A DNA stretch of 64,000 nt from positions 8,990,001 through 9,054,000 of the forward strand of contig OZ024751.1 of NCBI GenBank assembly GCA_964016885.1. The letters run 5' to 3'. This stretch comes from Eledone cirrhosa. Taxonomy: Eukaryota. Position 1 is the first letter of the stretch. Each line of letters begins with the position of its first letter. Below the pieces are notes generated by a model. It had not been told where the DNA came from. It did not search any database and saw only the letters and a program-made list of their open reading frames with translations. The translations under genes were made by a program, and so were the position numbers. This document shows, in pieces, positions 1 to 14,056 of the stretch.

Positions 1-1699
<1,699 letters not shown>

Positions 1700-1701
1700 T
1701 A

Positions 1702-1953
<252 letters not shown>

Positions 1954-1962
1954 CAATAATCT

Positions 1963-2666
1963 AAGTTCAGTTTAAATCATTTATTTGCTTACAATTGTTT
2001 CCTCCAAACCGAGGTTTGGAGTCTTCGGAGCAACTATTTAGTGATCTATAACATACTTGACCTCCTTTTCAACACAAGAGACATATAAAAACATATGCAT
2101 ATATTGACGCACAGTGGGATGACATCCATCATAATTATATAGCATGCCAATTTACATATAAAGGTTAAAGAATAAAAAAATAAAAATAAAATTAAAAATA
2201 AAAATAAAAATAAAAATAAAAATAAAAATAAAAATAAAAATAAAAATAAAAATAAAAATAAAAATAAAAATAAAAATAAAAATAAAAATGAAACATTGGC
2301 AGTTTATGAAGATAAAGCAAGAGGAAAGTTTAGAGAAGTCAGTGTATGAAACAATCTCATGCGTAGCAAGCATGCGTGTCTTATTTATACAGGATTAGAG
2401 TGCGGCAGATTGTTACTTGTAGGATCAAGCAGTTAAAGCATGCAATCGATAGTATTATGCGGGCTGTATTGTTAAATCATTTTTTCGCATACACCTGTAT
2501 GATATACAATCCCGAATGTAGAGAAACACCAAAATATCAAAAATATCAAACATATTATAAAACATATTATAACATAGGCAAAACAGTATCACTGTCTTCG
2601 CGCATACCACCACTCACATAATCCATGAAACGCAATATATAGACTACAGGTCTATCATACAATCCA

Positions 2667-2668
<2 letters not shown>
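1963..2668 (-). mobile_element. PLE pLTR-like element with (AAAAT)n, same family as 11559-12065
   Basis: 1965-2160 matches 11580-11775; HHR present; flanked by microsatellites. Confidence 0.6.
1985..2033 (-). ncRNA. Hammerhead ribozyme, CCGAAGA core variant
   Basis: Minus strand: TTGCT-CCGAAGA-CTCCAAACC tc GGTTTGGAG-GAAA-CAATTG-TA-AGCAA. Confidence 0.75.
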
Positions 2669-2702
<34 letters not shown>

Positions 2703-2741
2703 GATATTAACAAATGGAATCTATATTTATAAAACCATATC

Positions 2742-2806
2742 TATTTTATTATACATATTTCAAGGATACCATGTTAAATTATGGTATGCTTTCATCAGAC
2801 AAAATA
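2742..2806 (-). ncRNA. Hammerhead ribozyme in element 2701-2987
   Basis: Minus: TATTTTGT-CTGATGA-AAGcATACCAT..ATGGTATcCTT-GAAA-TATGTA-TA-ATAAAATA. Confidence 0.75.
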
Positions 2807-3144
2807 CAATATATACCAGTTTTATAAATAAATGCGACCGTTATTTTGGAAGACATCAGGGATAGTAAATATAGTTTCCATTTGTTAATATCGTATATTT
2901 ACTCCAAATACTTGTCGAGTGCTTTATATCAGTTATAAAAATATTTGCTTCTTGTATCCCAGCAATTTAAATAGAACTTTTGCATATATATATGCATATA
3001 TATATATATGAAAAATAGCGTTCTGCGTTGTTGCGGATGTGATACATATGAATTAAAATTAGAGTAAGAAGCCAGGACTATCCATCATCAGTGATCTTCT
3101 GGCCATCATAGGTATTTCTTCGCATTAAAGATCAGATACCTCTG

Positions 3145-3895
3145 ATAAATTTGAAGACTAAAATCCAAAGAGGCCTCGATAAGGATAAATATATATCAAA
3201 TATATAAGAACCATAGAGCAAATATTTATTAAAATAACAGATTAAAGTTTAAGCAAAGAATCTCTGCTTTCCCCCTTAACGGGATCTTCTGAGTTTCGCT
3301 TGTTATATCCGTATTTATTTATTTATATACGTTTATTTAATTATTTGTATACACGCACACACACATATTTATATGTGCGTGGTTTTGTATACCTATGGTA
3401 AGTGTTTTGCGTATGCTTGTGTATGTACGTATTTGTTTGCGTGTATGTATTTATTTATTTCTATTACTTCTGTATTGTATTTATTTACTTTATTCTTAAC
3501 TCTGAAGCGGAGAATCATTCGGTTTCCTAGTTAGAATTTTAGTCTACGACTTCTTTTATACCATAAACGTGGTTCTGTCTTTGAGTGTAATTGTTTTTCA
3601 CCGCTCCAAATAATGACGTATTATATTCGTTTTTTCCCGTTCCTTGCCAGGGAACGTTTCCACGAACCAAAGTATCGTCTTCCTCGCTTCCTCCGGCTGC
3701 AACGTTTTTTGAAATATTCACTTCTGCGTTTACAGATTGACTTTGTTAGTTTCAGAAGATCCCGTTAAGGGTGAAAGCAGCGATTCTTTGCTTAAACTTT
3801 AATCTGTTATTTTAATAAATATTTGCTCTACGGTTCTTATATATTTGATATATATTTATCCTTCTCGAGCGTTCTTTGGATTTTAGTCTTCAAAT

Positions 3896-3900
<5 letters not shown>
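3145..3900 (+). mobile_element. Inverted-repeat element with degenerate HHR-like core (CAGAAGA..GAAA at about 3752-3780); related fragment at 30320-30460
   Basis: Arms about 3147-3292/3751-3898; flanked by (TA)n. Confidence 0.6.
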
Positions 3901-3973
<73 letters not shown>

Positions 3974-4068
3974 GTAAATCGAAAGGAGAAGCAAAGGAAA
4001 AAAGAGTGCTCTATGTATAGAACAGAACTATTTATTTAGAACAAATTTCATTTCATATATTTTATCTA

Positions 4069-4150
4069 TAACATCTCCATCTGACGAACCATCCAGACAT
4101 ATATATCATTATCATCTGGGATCCAGAAACCTTTCGTAATTGAGTAGTTA
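4069..4150 (+). ncRNA. Hammerhead ribozyme
   Basis: TAACATCTCCAT-CTGACGA-..CCAGA..TCTGG..-GAAA-C..G-TA-ATTGAGTAGTTA. Confidence 0.6.
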
Positions 4151-4338
4151 TATTTTGTGTTGTTCACTTTCTAATTATATATATATATATATATATCATA
4201 AAACATGTCTATAGAATCACAAGATAAAATATATACTATTTCCTCTCCCAATTATTCGACAGCGTAATCGCCTAGATACAGTCAACTAAGCAGAGTTAGG
4301 TTTAAAATAAACTAGGAGAAAATAGAATACACTTAAAA

Positions 4339-4424
4339 CCTCTACCATGGTTTCGTCCGTGTTTTGAGTTATCCAATAATTATGTAATAATTATATAAAC
4401 TCGAGCGCCGGATTCTTCAAGAAG
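4339..4424 (-). ncRNA. Hammerhead ribozyme, C3U-mutated core, in element 4195-4950
   Basis: Minus: CTTC-TTGAAGA-ATCCG..GAGTT..AACTC..CGGAC-GAAA-CCATGG-TA-GAGG; host element has direct (4195/4743) and inverted (4645-4753/4838-4950) repeats. Confidence 0.6.
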
Positions 4425-4947
4425 CTCGCTCATATCTAGACATTAAATTTTCCAAAACGATCGCGCCAAGAATTCATTTCAAGATGGCTAAAAATCGTGA
4501 CGTAGTCGCGGTCAAGTTGGAAGTGGTGTGGTAGTTGCTTACGACTGGTGGCATTTTTGCTAGTGGTGGCATTTTTGCTAGAAAGCACAGCACAATACAG
4601 CCAAATTTGTATCTCAACCTGGTGGGAGATTATTACATATAAAAGTTTACATATATATATACATACACATACATATACGTGTTTTGCAACTGGTCACATT
4701 TTGGCTCAATGAAAAATTAATAAATTAAACAATCAGAGCTATATATCATAAAACATGTCTATAGAATCACAAGATAAAATATATACTATTTCCTCTCCCA
4801 ATTAGCATAATTAACTATATAAAAAATCGAATAGATATTTTATGATATATAGCTCTGATTGTTTAATTTATTAATTTTTCATTGAGCCAAAAAGTGACCA
4901 GTTGCAAAATACGTATATGTATGTGTATGTATATATATATATGTAAA

Positions 4948-5008
<61 letters not shown>

Positions 5009-5012
5009 GTAT

Positions 5013-5063
<51 letters not shown>

Positions 5064-5102
5064 GATATTAACAAATGGAAACTATATTTATAAAACCATA
5101 TT

Positions 5103-5168
5103 TATTTCATTATACATATTTCAAGGACACCAAGTTAAATTATCGTGTGCTTTCATCAGACAAAATAT
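5103..5168 (-). ncRNA. Hammerhead ribozyme, same family as 2742-2806 (element 5062-5747)
   Basis: Minus: TATTTTGT-CTGATGA-AAGCACAC..GTGTCCTT-GAAA-TATGTA-TA-ATGAAATA. Confidence 0.7.
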
Positions 5169-6654
5169 AATATAGATCAGTTTTATAAATAAATATTGAC
5201 ATACCCTTAAAAAATGCAACCATTACTGTTGGAAGCTCCCGGATAGTCGAGTTGTTTACTTATATTATTATTAGTATTGGATATTTTTATTTTTAAAATT
5301 AGCCGTTGGGTTACAGAGAAAGAAAAAGAAGGAGAGAGAGAGAAGAGAGAGACAGAGAGAGACCAAAACGACAGAGAGAGAAAGATATATAGAGAGAGGA
5401 GACAGAGAGAGGGGGAGAGAACGAAAACTCTAAGTCATATCTTGTTGAGTTAACTTAACAATTGAGATGAAATGAATAAATAAAATTAGAAATGTTAATA
5501 ATCATGAATGGAATATACATATATAATATGTGAAATTAATCATTGTTTATGATTAGATGCTTAGTTAATCATTTAAAAATTGAGATCAATATATAAAAAA
5601 TTGGGATCTATACATTAAGAAATCCATATATTGCTAGAGAACTACATATCATATAACACGTATACACACGCACAATTGTTGAGTGCTTTATATCAGTTAT
5701 AAAAATATTTGCTTGTTGTATCCCAACAATTTAAATAGAACTTTTGCATATATATATATTTTCCTCCTGGTATCTTACCACCCCCTTTGTTATATATATA
5801 TAATATATACATATATGTGTGTGTGTGTGTCTGTGTATACATGTGTGTGCATGAGTGTGTGTATACATATATATATATATATATATATATAGGTGTGAGA
5901 GCATGTATATATATATATGTATATATATGTATGTATGCATATATATATATAATTAATTAACCAAATATACAAGACATCATCTGTTCACGAGTAATTGTAA
6001 GACAGGACCCAAACACGATCTTTCAAGGTCTGCTTCTGTTATGGACAGTGGAGGGTATTTTAGTTATTGGACTGGAGCCATAGAGTGGCCTTGGCTTGAG
6101 GTGTTTCATCGATCATACCAACCCTTTATTTATTTCTAAGTATGATACTTATTTTATCGGCCTCTATTTTGTGAAAGACTTCGTCTTACAACAATAGATT
6201 TATACATCACCATGATACCTATTTATTGTTATGTCATTTCATCATCATTTTAAAGCTGATTCTTACTGAATCACATTATAGTACAAGTAGAAAGTTATAA
6301 ACAAGCTAACACACTACATAGCCTGCCAGTTATAATTTCATAGAAATGTGTAATTTCCTTATTTTTAGCCGCAATCGTTCTTCGTCTTGACAAAAACAAT
6401 GAAGCATTTATTTCCGATATCATTATAGAAATATTTAACAGGTAAAAGAGACTTTAGCCTTTCAGAGAACTATATATTTACTAAATGGTGTCCACATTGG
6501 TTAGGACATCTCTATTGTCTTGTTGGTCAATTATCTGGCTGTCTAGCTGGTTGAGTATTGATGAATATATTCTCTCTTCTCAATGTGGCAGTACATGACG
6601 ATGAATTCAGTTTTGTTATTCAACACATTATTACTTGATATTTGTTTTGCTTTT

Positions 6655-7095
6655 TCCCTTCTTTCTCTATTTCTACTTCTTTGCGTTCATCTTTTTCTCT
6701 TTTCTTCCTTCTGTTCTAACCGCCTTTCTTTCATCTTGTGTTTCTCTTTCTTCCCTTCTCTACTACTTCCTTTTCTTCGTCTTCGTCTACTTCTTCTTTT
6801 ATTTCCTTTTCTACTTCTTCTACTTTCTTCTTCTTCTACTTTCTTCTTCTTCTACTTTCTTCTCCTTCTACTTTCTTCTTCTTCTACGTCTTCTTCTACT
6901 ACTACTACTACTACTACTAATAATAATAATAATAATATTTCTTTTTCTTCTACTTCTTTTTCTTCCACTTCTGTTTCCTCTTCTTCTTCTTCTTCTTCTT
7001 CTTCTTCTTCTTCTTCTTCTTCTTCTTCTGCTTCCACTGCTACTGCTTCTTCTTCTTTTTCTACTTTTTCTTTTCGTCTTCTTCTTCTTCTTCAT
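6655..7095. repeat. (CTT)n/(CTA)n low-complexity tract
   Basis: Direct reading. Confidence 0.9.
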
Positions 7096-7599
7096 TGTGT
7101 ATTTCATTTCTTTATATTCCTCTAGACTTATACCACTCAAGAATGCTAGGTTATTCGGTTCTGATGTACCTGCAGAGCTTTAAACTCCACTACTGCACTT
7201 GCAATGCTGTCTGGTACCTCCAATTCCATAGGCAATATCGGTAGGAATTCATTAACGATCGTTTCAATATTTATTTCAGATTTTGATTTGTCTGGAAATT
7301 GTAGGCAATAGTTGTTGTTTATTCTGGGCGGCATCGACATATCAGTCTATAACTCATTTACTGGTTTCAGCCATTGTAAAGTAAACATGTATGGTCACTT
7401 ATTAAATAATGTTATAGAGCATACCGACTATAGTACGTACACCAGTCACCTCCTTACTTTATTGAAGTATAATTCCCAACATTCTTAGTTAGAAGCCATC
7501 AAAGGACGCTTACAGAGTGAGCGATAGTTTTACAGCTATAAACATAGATATAAAGGTGTACACATACACACACATAGATATATCTTTATATATATATAA

Positions 7600-8190
7600 G
7601 GGAGAGGATTCTGCATCATTCATCATGACACTTACACACAACTAACGTTAAAACACATCAACAACCTATTAAGCAAGGTTAACAACAATATCACGCCCAG
7701 CCAGTAAAAAGTCACTATTAATACTAGCAGGACAATATCTGTAACCCCTGAAGTCATCACCAGAAATAGCCAGCTCTTCACAATCTACCATCTTATTAAA
7801 ACGTACAAAACGTGACCCAAGTTAAAACTTAAAATCATTTTTTCCGGCATAAATTATTACAAAATTTCTTGGCTTCTATCCATATTTGTCAAACCTCTCC
7901 TTCACATTTTCCCCGGACACGTAGTCAACTCACACAATCTAATCAACAAACTAACAGAATTTAACCTGACCACACTTAGACAGAATAAATACCCTTTTAG
8001 AATAGACGTACTGTCCCTCGACACCTCTATTCCACCCGCTCCCTATAACGTCTTAAACATGGACGTCATTACCTCTAGCAACCTCAATTAGTTTGGGCTC
8101 TTCTGACATACACCAGCTGCTCTCTGTCGTCATACGCAACACCTTTTTCCCGTTTGAAGACTCCGTCTACAAACAAGTTTCGGAAATTCT
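7600..8190 (+). pseudogene. Highly decayed PLE reverse-transcriptase fragment
   Basis: Manual translation KISWLLS..VKPLL, VNSHNLINKL, YPFRIDVLSLDTSIP parallels KISWLLA..KPIL, VNSSEEMLKRL, YAFSLDVVAFYTSVP of the PLE at 58340-59239. Confidence 0.65.
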
Positions 8191-8351
8191 GATGTGGCAA
8201 GGAATTTTCTCTGAGAACGGTATTCCATTCTTCTCACACCAAATACCCAAAAACTAAGGCAGCATCACTTAAAAGAAGACGGAGGACAGGCAACCCTGGA
8301 ATTTGAACCTAGAAAGTTCCCCCTCCGAGGCACAAGTCCGAGTATTTGTGG

Positions 8352-8602
8352 AAGAGCAGCAGTCGCCCATGCATACCAGCCTCCCCTCTCCACGCCACCG
8401 ATATTGTCCAAGGGATATGCAAAGGCCGACTCAGCTTGGCGCCAGTGACGCCAAAATTCATTTCTACAGCTGAGTAAACAGACGCAATGTGAAATAAAGT
8501 GACTTACTTAAGGATAAGATGCATCACTCGGTCCGAGAATTGAACTATCAACCTCCTAATTGGATGCCCAAATTCTGTAACCACTAAGCCTTGCGCCTTG
8601 CA
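8352..8602 (-). mobile_element. tRNA-derived SINE with RTE-like 3' region
   Basis: Minus head GGCGCAAGGCTTAGTGGTTA..GTTCAATTC (A/B-box like); body resembles cephalopod SINEs as recalled. Confidence 0.6.
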
Positions 8603-8742
8603 TACACACAAACACAAACACACACACAAACACACACACCCACACATACAAGCACACACACAAACACACACACCCACACATACAAGCACACACACAAACA
8701 CACACACACACGCACACATACAAACACACACACACATACAAG

Positions 8743-8778
<36 letters not shown>

Positions 8779-9068
8779 TACAAACACACACACACATATT
8801 CACACAAACACATAGAGACACACACACAAACTTACAAATAAACACACACGTACACACACATCCACACGCACAGACACACACACAGAAGACGAACTCACAG
8901 ACACACCCACAGACACACTCACAGACACAATCACAGACAGACACACACAGGCACACAAATACACGCAAACATACGCAAACACACACAAACACATCCAGAC
9001 ACCCACACGCATAAAAGACAAACACACAAATAAACACACAAATAAACACACACAAACTCACACACACA
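8603..9068. repeat. Degenerate (CA)n tract
   Basis: Direct reading. Confidence 0.9.
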
Positions 9069-9187
9069 CATGTATATATATATATATTTATATATATATA
9101 TGTGTGTGTGTATGTATGTGTGCGTGTTGTGTTATTTTATGTTAAGATGGCTAATACTTAAAGCAATATATATAACTCTGCAATGAA

Positions 9188-9366
9188 TTGGCAGTATCGG
9201 TAGAGGGTTGGACGCCATGCTTTCCAGCATAGTTACGTCCTTTTACAGTCTGAGTTCAGATGCCGCCGAGGTTACCTTTGCCTTTCATCCTTACGGGGTC
9301 GATAAAATAAAGTACCAGTAATGTACTGGGTAATTGCTGACCTTTTGTCTAAAGTAGAAACAATTA
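9188..9366 (+). mobile_element. tRNA-SINE with GCCTTTCATCCTT..GGGGTCGATAAA core (MetaSINE-like)
   Basis: Same sequence recurs at about 18280, 24975, 55385, 61500(-), 61640(-) and 61728. Confidence 0.75.
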
Positions 9367-9539
9367 ATGGTAGAAAGACGTTCCTTCTCCGCGACAGATA
9401 CATCCTCAGAGGTGAGTTTATCCACTATACTCAAGTCGAGTTGGTAAAACTATAACAAGTTTTTATACAGCAATTCACATCTCTGAATTTACAAACATAC
9501 CTTCAGACATCTATCTATGTGTATATGTTTACTGATATA

Positions 9540-10282
<743 letters not shown>

Positions 10283-11520
10283 AATGATGAAGAGAGACAG
10301 AAAGAAAACAAGAACTTCCTCTTCGCTCAGGTAGTATCTGTATTGCCATCGTTGAAGACTTGTGCAATGATCAATATTTTTGTCGTAAACTTTTCTAGAA
10401 TGTTCTTCTGTCGTTTCAAGTGGTTTTGTTTGTCAAGTAGGAACCAAGCTTCAAACGATAATGTTCCTCAAATCAATGGATATTACAAAAACATCGAAAA
10501 CCGACCAAAGATTTAATGTTTTTGTATGAATATGTGTAAATGATCATTCAGTTCGAATATGTTTACGTCTATGTAATATATATTTTCTAGAATGTTATCA
10601 GTGTATGTTTGTGAGTCTGTATGTATGTGTTTCTATTTACCAGTATGTGTGAGTGTGTCTGTTTGTCTGGGGAAACAATTAACGTATAAAATATATGTTG
10701 ATGGATAACTATTGTGGTGATTTCAGCACAATTAAGTAAGAATCGAGAAATTCCTGACAGCAAAATAAGACATCATGTAGTAGTTATAATTTCAAAATGT
10801 CTGCTGGTCAAAAACCTTTAGAGAAATACTACAATAAAAGAAATAATATAATTGCATTTCTTCTTGAATATCAACCAGAAAAATAACGATTATAGTCTAG
10901 AATGATTTCAGCAGACAACTTTATAAATAGAATCGTTTTGATATTACATTGAGAGGAGTTATAAGTATAACGTTCTTTCTATTCAACTTTAGCAATGTTT
11001 AGTAAAACTAGAAAACATGTGTTTTGATATTTATGACGAAAGATATAATGTTGTGATGTGTATGCATTTCACTGTCGAATTCTAGAATATATGATATGAT
11101 ATAGTATTTACCGTTAGACGGTATACATTCTGTTTATTTGTTTCTCAGGAACATACCACTGATGTTAGTAATTTACCACCGACCAACGCTTCCTAATTGG
11201 TAGTCATAAAGCTCTTCTCGACGTTACATACAAATGTAGATACTCTGTTTCTATTCAAGAGAATGCGTTTGTCAATTTACTCATACATATCTTCGCGTAC
11301 ACAGGACGTAACTCTCTCAATAGAAATAAGCTTACGAAATAATCATTTAAATGGGTTTCCTGTGTTAATATGAATCGCTCGCTATATATCAGTAATTGGC
11401 AAATATTGGTATTGAGAAATACGTACAACGCCTGCACTGAAACTTTGGATGTTTTTCAGCTTGTTCTATTATTGTGTTCATAGGCGCAGTTACCCACACC
11501 CTTTGAGAATGTTAATGAGG

Positions 11521-11558
<38 letters not shown>

Positions 11559-11561
<3 letters not shown>

Positions 11562-12065
11562 GAAATTACATGAATCAAAGTTCTGTTTAAATCATTTATT
11601 TGCTTACAATTGTTTCTTCCAAACCGAGGTTTGTAGTCTTCGGAGCAATTATTCAGTGATATTTGTACATACTTGACCTCCTTTTCAACACAAGACACAT
11701 ATAGAAATATATGTATATATTGACCCACAGTGGGTTGACATCCATTATAATAATACAGCATGGCAATTTACATACAAAGATTACAGTCATATTAAAGGAC
11801 AAAATTAAAGTTAAAATTAAAATTAAAATTAAAATTAAAATAAAACATTCGTAAACTGCCAACTGAATAATTGCTCCGAAAAAACCCAAACCTCGGTTTG
11901 GAAGAAACAATTGTAAGCAAATAAATGATTTAAACAGAACTTTGATTCATGTAATTTCTATATAACTGCTCTGTAAAACAACTGATGTTTTTACATTGAG
12001 CTATTTATCTTACTGGTAATAAGATAGTAATAAATTACTGTCTTTCACTATTTAGGGTTTAAAAT
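11559..12065 (+). mobile_element. Inverted-repeat pLTR-like element; HHR on - strand (11600-11648) and degenerate copy on + strand (11871-11920)
   Basis: Arms 11559-11656/11863-11962; CCGAAGA core, CAATTG stem III; TTGAG at 11996. Confidence 0.7.
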
Positions 12066-12119
12066 ATATATAACTATAAAAGGTGTTAGAATATACATAA
12101 CCATAAATAGTATCCTTAA

Positions 12120-12169
<50 letters not shown>

Positions 12170-12171
<2 letters not shown>

Positions 12172-12285
12172 CGAAGGAGGTGTGGTAAGGAACCAGATTA
12201 ACCATAACGCACCAGAGTACTCAATACGTAGGGTAGTAGAGTGGGTAATAGGAAAATATTAGACCCCGACGGGGTCTAACATTTA
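12170..12285 (-). mobile_element. Short pLTR-tail element ending in a small fold-back; family of 22857-22925 and 31419-31609
   Basis: Shared GTGGTAAGGAACCAG..GTACTCAATAC; hairpin TTAGACCCCG-A-CGGGGTCTAA. Confidence 0.6.
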
Positions 12286-12339
12286 TTTATATAAACACAC
12301 ACATATATATATTTGTTTATTTATTTATTTAATTATATG

Positions 12340-12387
<48 letters not shown>

Positions 12388-12550
12388 TATATATAGATAT
12401 AGATATATATATATATATATAGATATATATAGATATAGATATATATATATTTATTTATATTTGTTTATTTATTTATATATGTGTTTATATATATACATAT
12501 ACATATATATATATATACATATGTATATATATTCATATATATATATATTC

Positions 12551-12646
<96 letters not shown>

Positions 12647-13080
12647 AAACTATAATAAAGGAAGTTATGCGGGTTTACGTACGGTTTATTTCTTTTTTAT
12701 CCCGTTTGTAAAATAAGTTGGGTTACTTTGACTGAATAATGAATGAATATTACATAATTTATCCACTAAATTTCGTGACTGTTGATTAAATATATTTTTT
12801 TTATTTAAAGATTCACTTCTTTAAAATTTCTGAAATGTCAACACTTCCGGTTGGCCATCGCTTAAATAAACATACTAATTTTCTCCTAATGCAGTTCATA
12901 TATAATATCGTCTTTTTTAATGTATCTTGGATTACCTTATTGATTAAATAGGACATTGTAACACAGTCTTCATTCAATTTCTATGTATTATATACAGTCA
13001 ATTACGATTTTATTTGTATGTATCATATCTACAACATATATATATACCTGCGTATAATATCGATATACACACTATACATG

Positions 13081-13118
13081 CTAGCAGAAAACCACCAGAA
13101 GGGTGGTTTTTGTGCTAG
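13081..13118 (+). mobile_element. Helitron-like 3' terminus
   Basis: Hairpin AAAACCACC..GGTGGTTTT followed by CTAG then T; 5' end not identified. Confidence 0.4.
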
Positions 13119-13423
13119 TATATATAATATATGTAGAAATAAACAGAGTAAATTGTGTGTTTAAAATTACAGGGCGAAACAGATTAAATCTCTAATATGT
13201 CCGAGAGATGAAATAGTTATTGAGACAGTCTGTGTATCTATTCTATATTTCCGTTTGTTTCAGGTTAAATTTATCAAACCAATGAGGTATTTCAACCCTC
13301 GTAATTTTAGACACACAATTTACTGTGTTTATTTCTACGTATGTTATTCTATAATGCTCAATATTTATACTTTGAGCTTGTTGTTAATTACAGGGTATCA
13401 ATATGAGTTAGTAACTCTGTATT

Positions 13424-13455
<32 letters not shown>

Positions 13456-14012
13456 TCTGTTGATTGGTTAATTATTTGTGTTTGTTTAATAACATCTGGT
13501 CGAGAGCTTATACTGAATGTTACCGGAAATTATAATATTTCCTTTGTCTAACACTTTGAATGACCCGCCAAAAACAGGGGGTTATTTCCCTTGTTAGAAA
13601 TAACACGTGACAACTGAATATTTGATTCGCTGCTGCTAGCTGCAACATTTAGTATCTCAACCCGTTCTTTGGTAGAACGAAATTCATGTTGAAGAAGTGA
13701 GTCCTCTGTTCGATCACAAATACCACGAGCTTGCCAGTTACGTAAGTCTAATATTTGATATCGGATTTTCATAGAAACACTTTAAACGTATAACGTTTGA
13801 TCTGTCCAGGTGTATTTTCTCAACCTCCTAGTTGTTTCGTTACTTTGGTATTGTGTGTTAGATTTTGCCTACCACAATGTTCAATTTGTCAAGCTATTTA
13901 AACGTATGTTATTACTCTAGGGACCTACCTTGTCGAGTTCTTTGCTAACTCATCCATACCGTAGGTCGAATTTGCTTGCACACCGCCAGAGATTCGATTT
14001 TACTAAGCCTCC

Positions 14013-14052
<40 letters not shown>

Positions 14053-14056
<4 letters not shown>

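Noticed and set aside
6583-7183. Poly-S/L/E/R ORFs
   Set aside because: Trinucleotide repeat artefacts
13185-13230. HHR-like TCTC..GTCCGAGAGAT-GAAA-TAGTTA-TT-GAGA
   Set aside because: CUGANGA core absent; at most a heavily decayed relic
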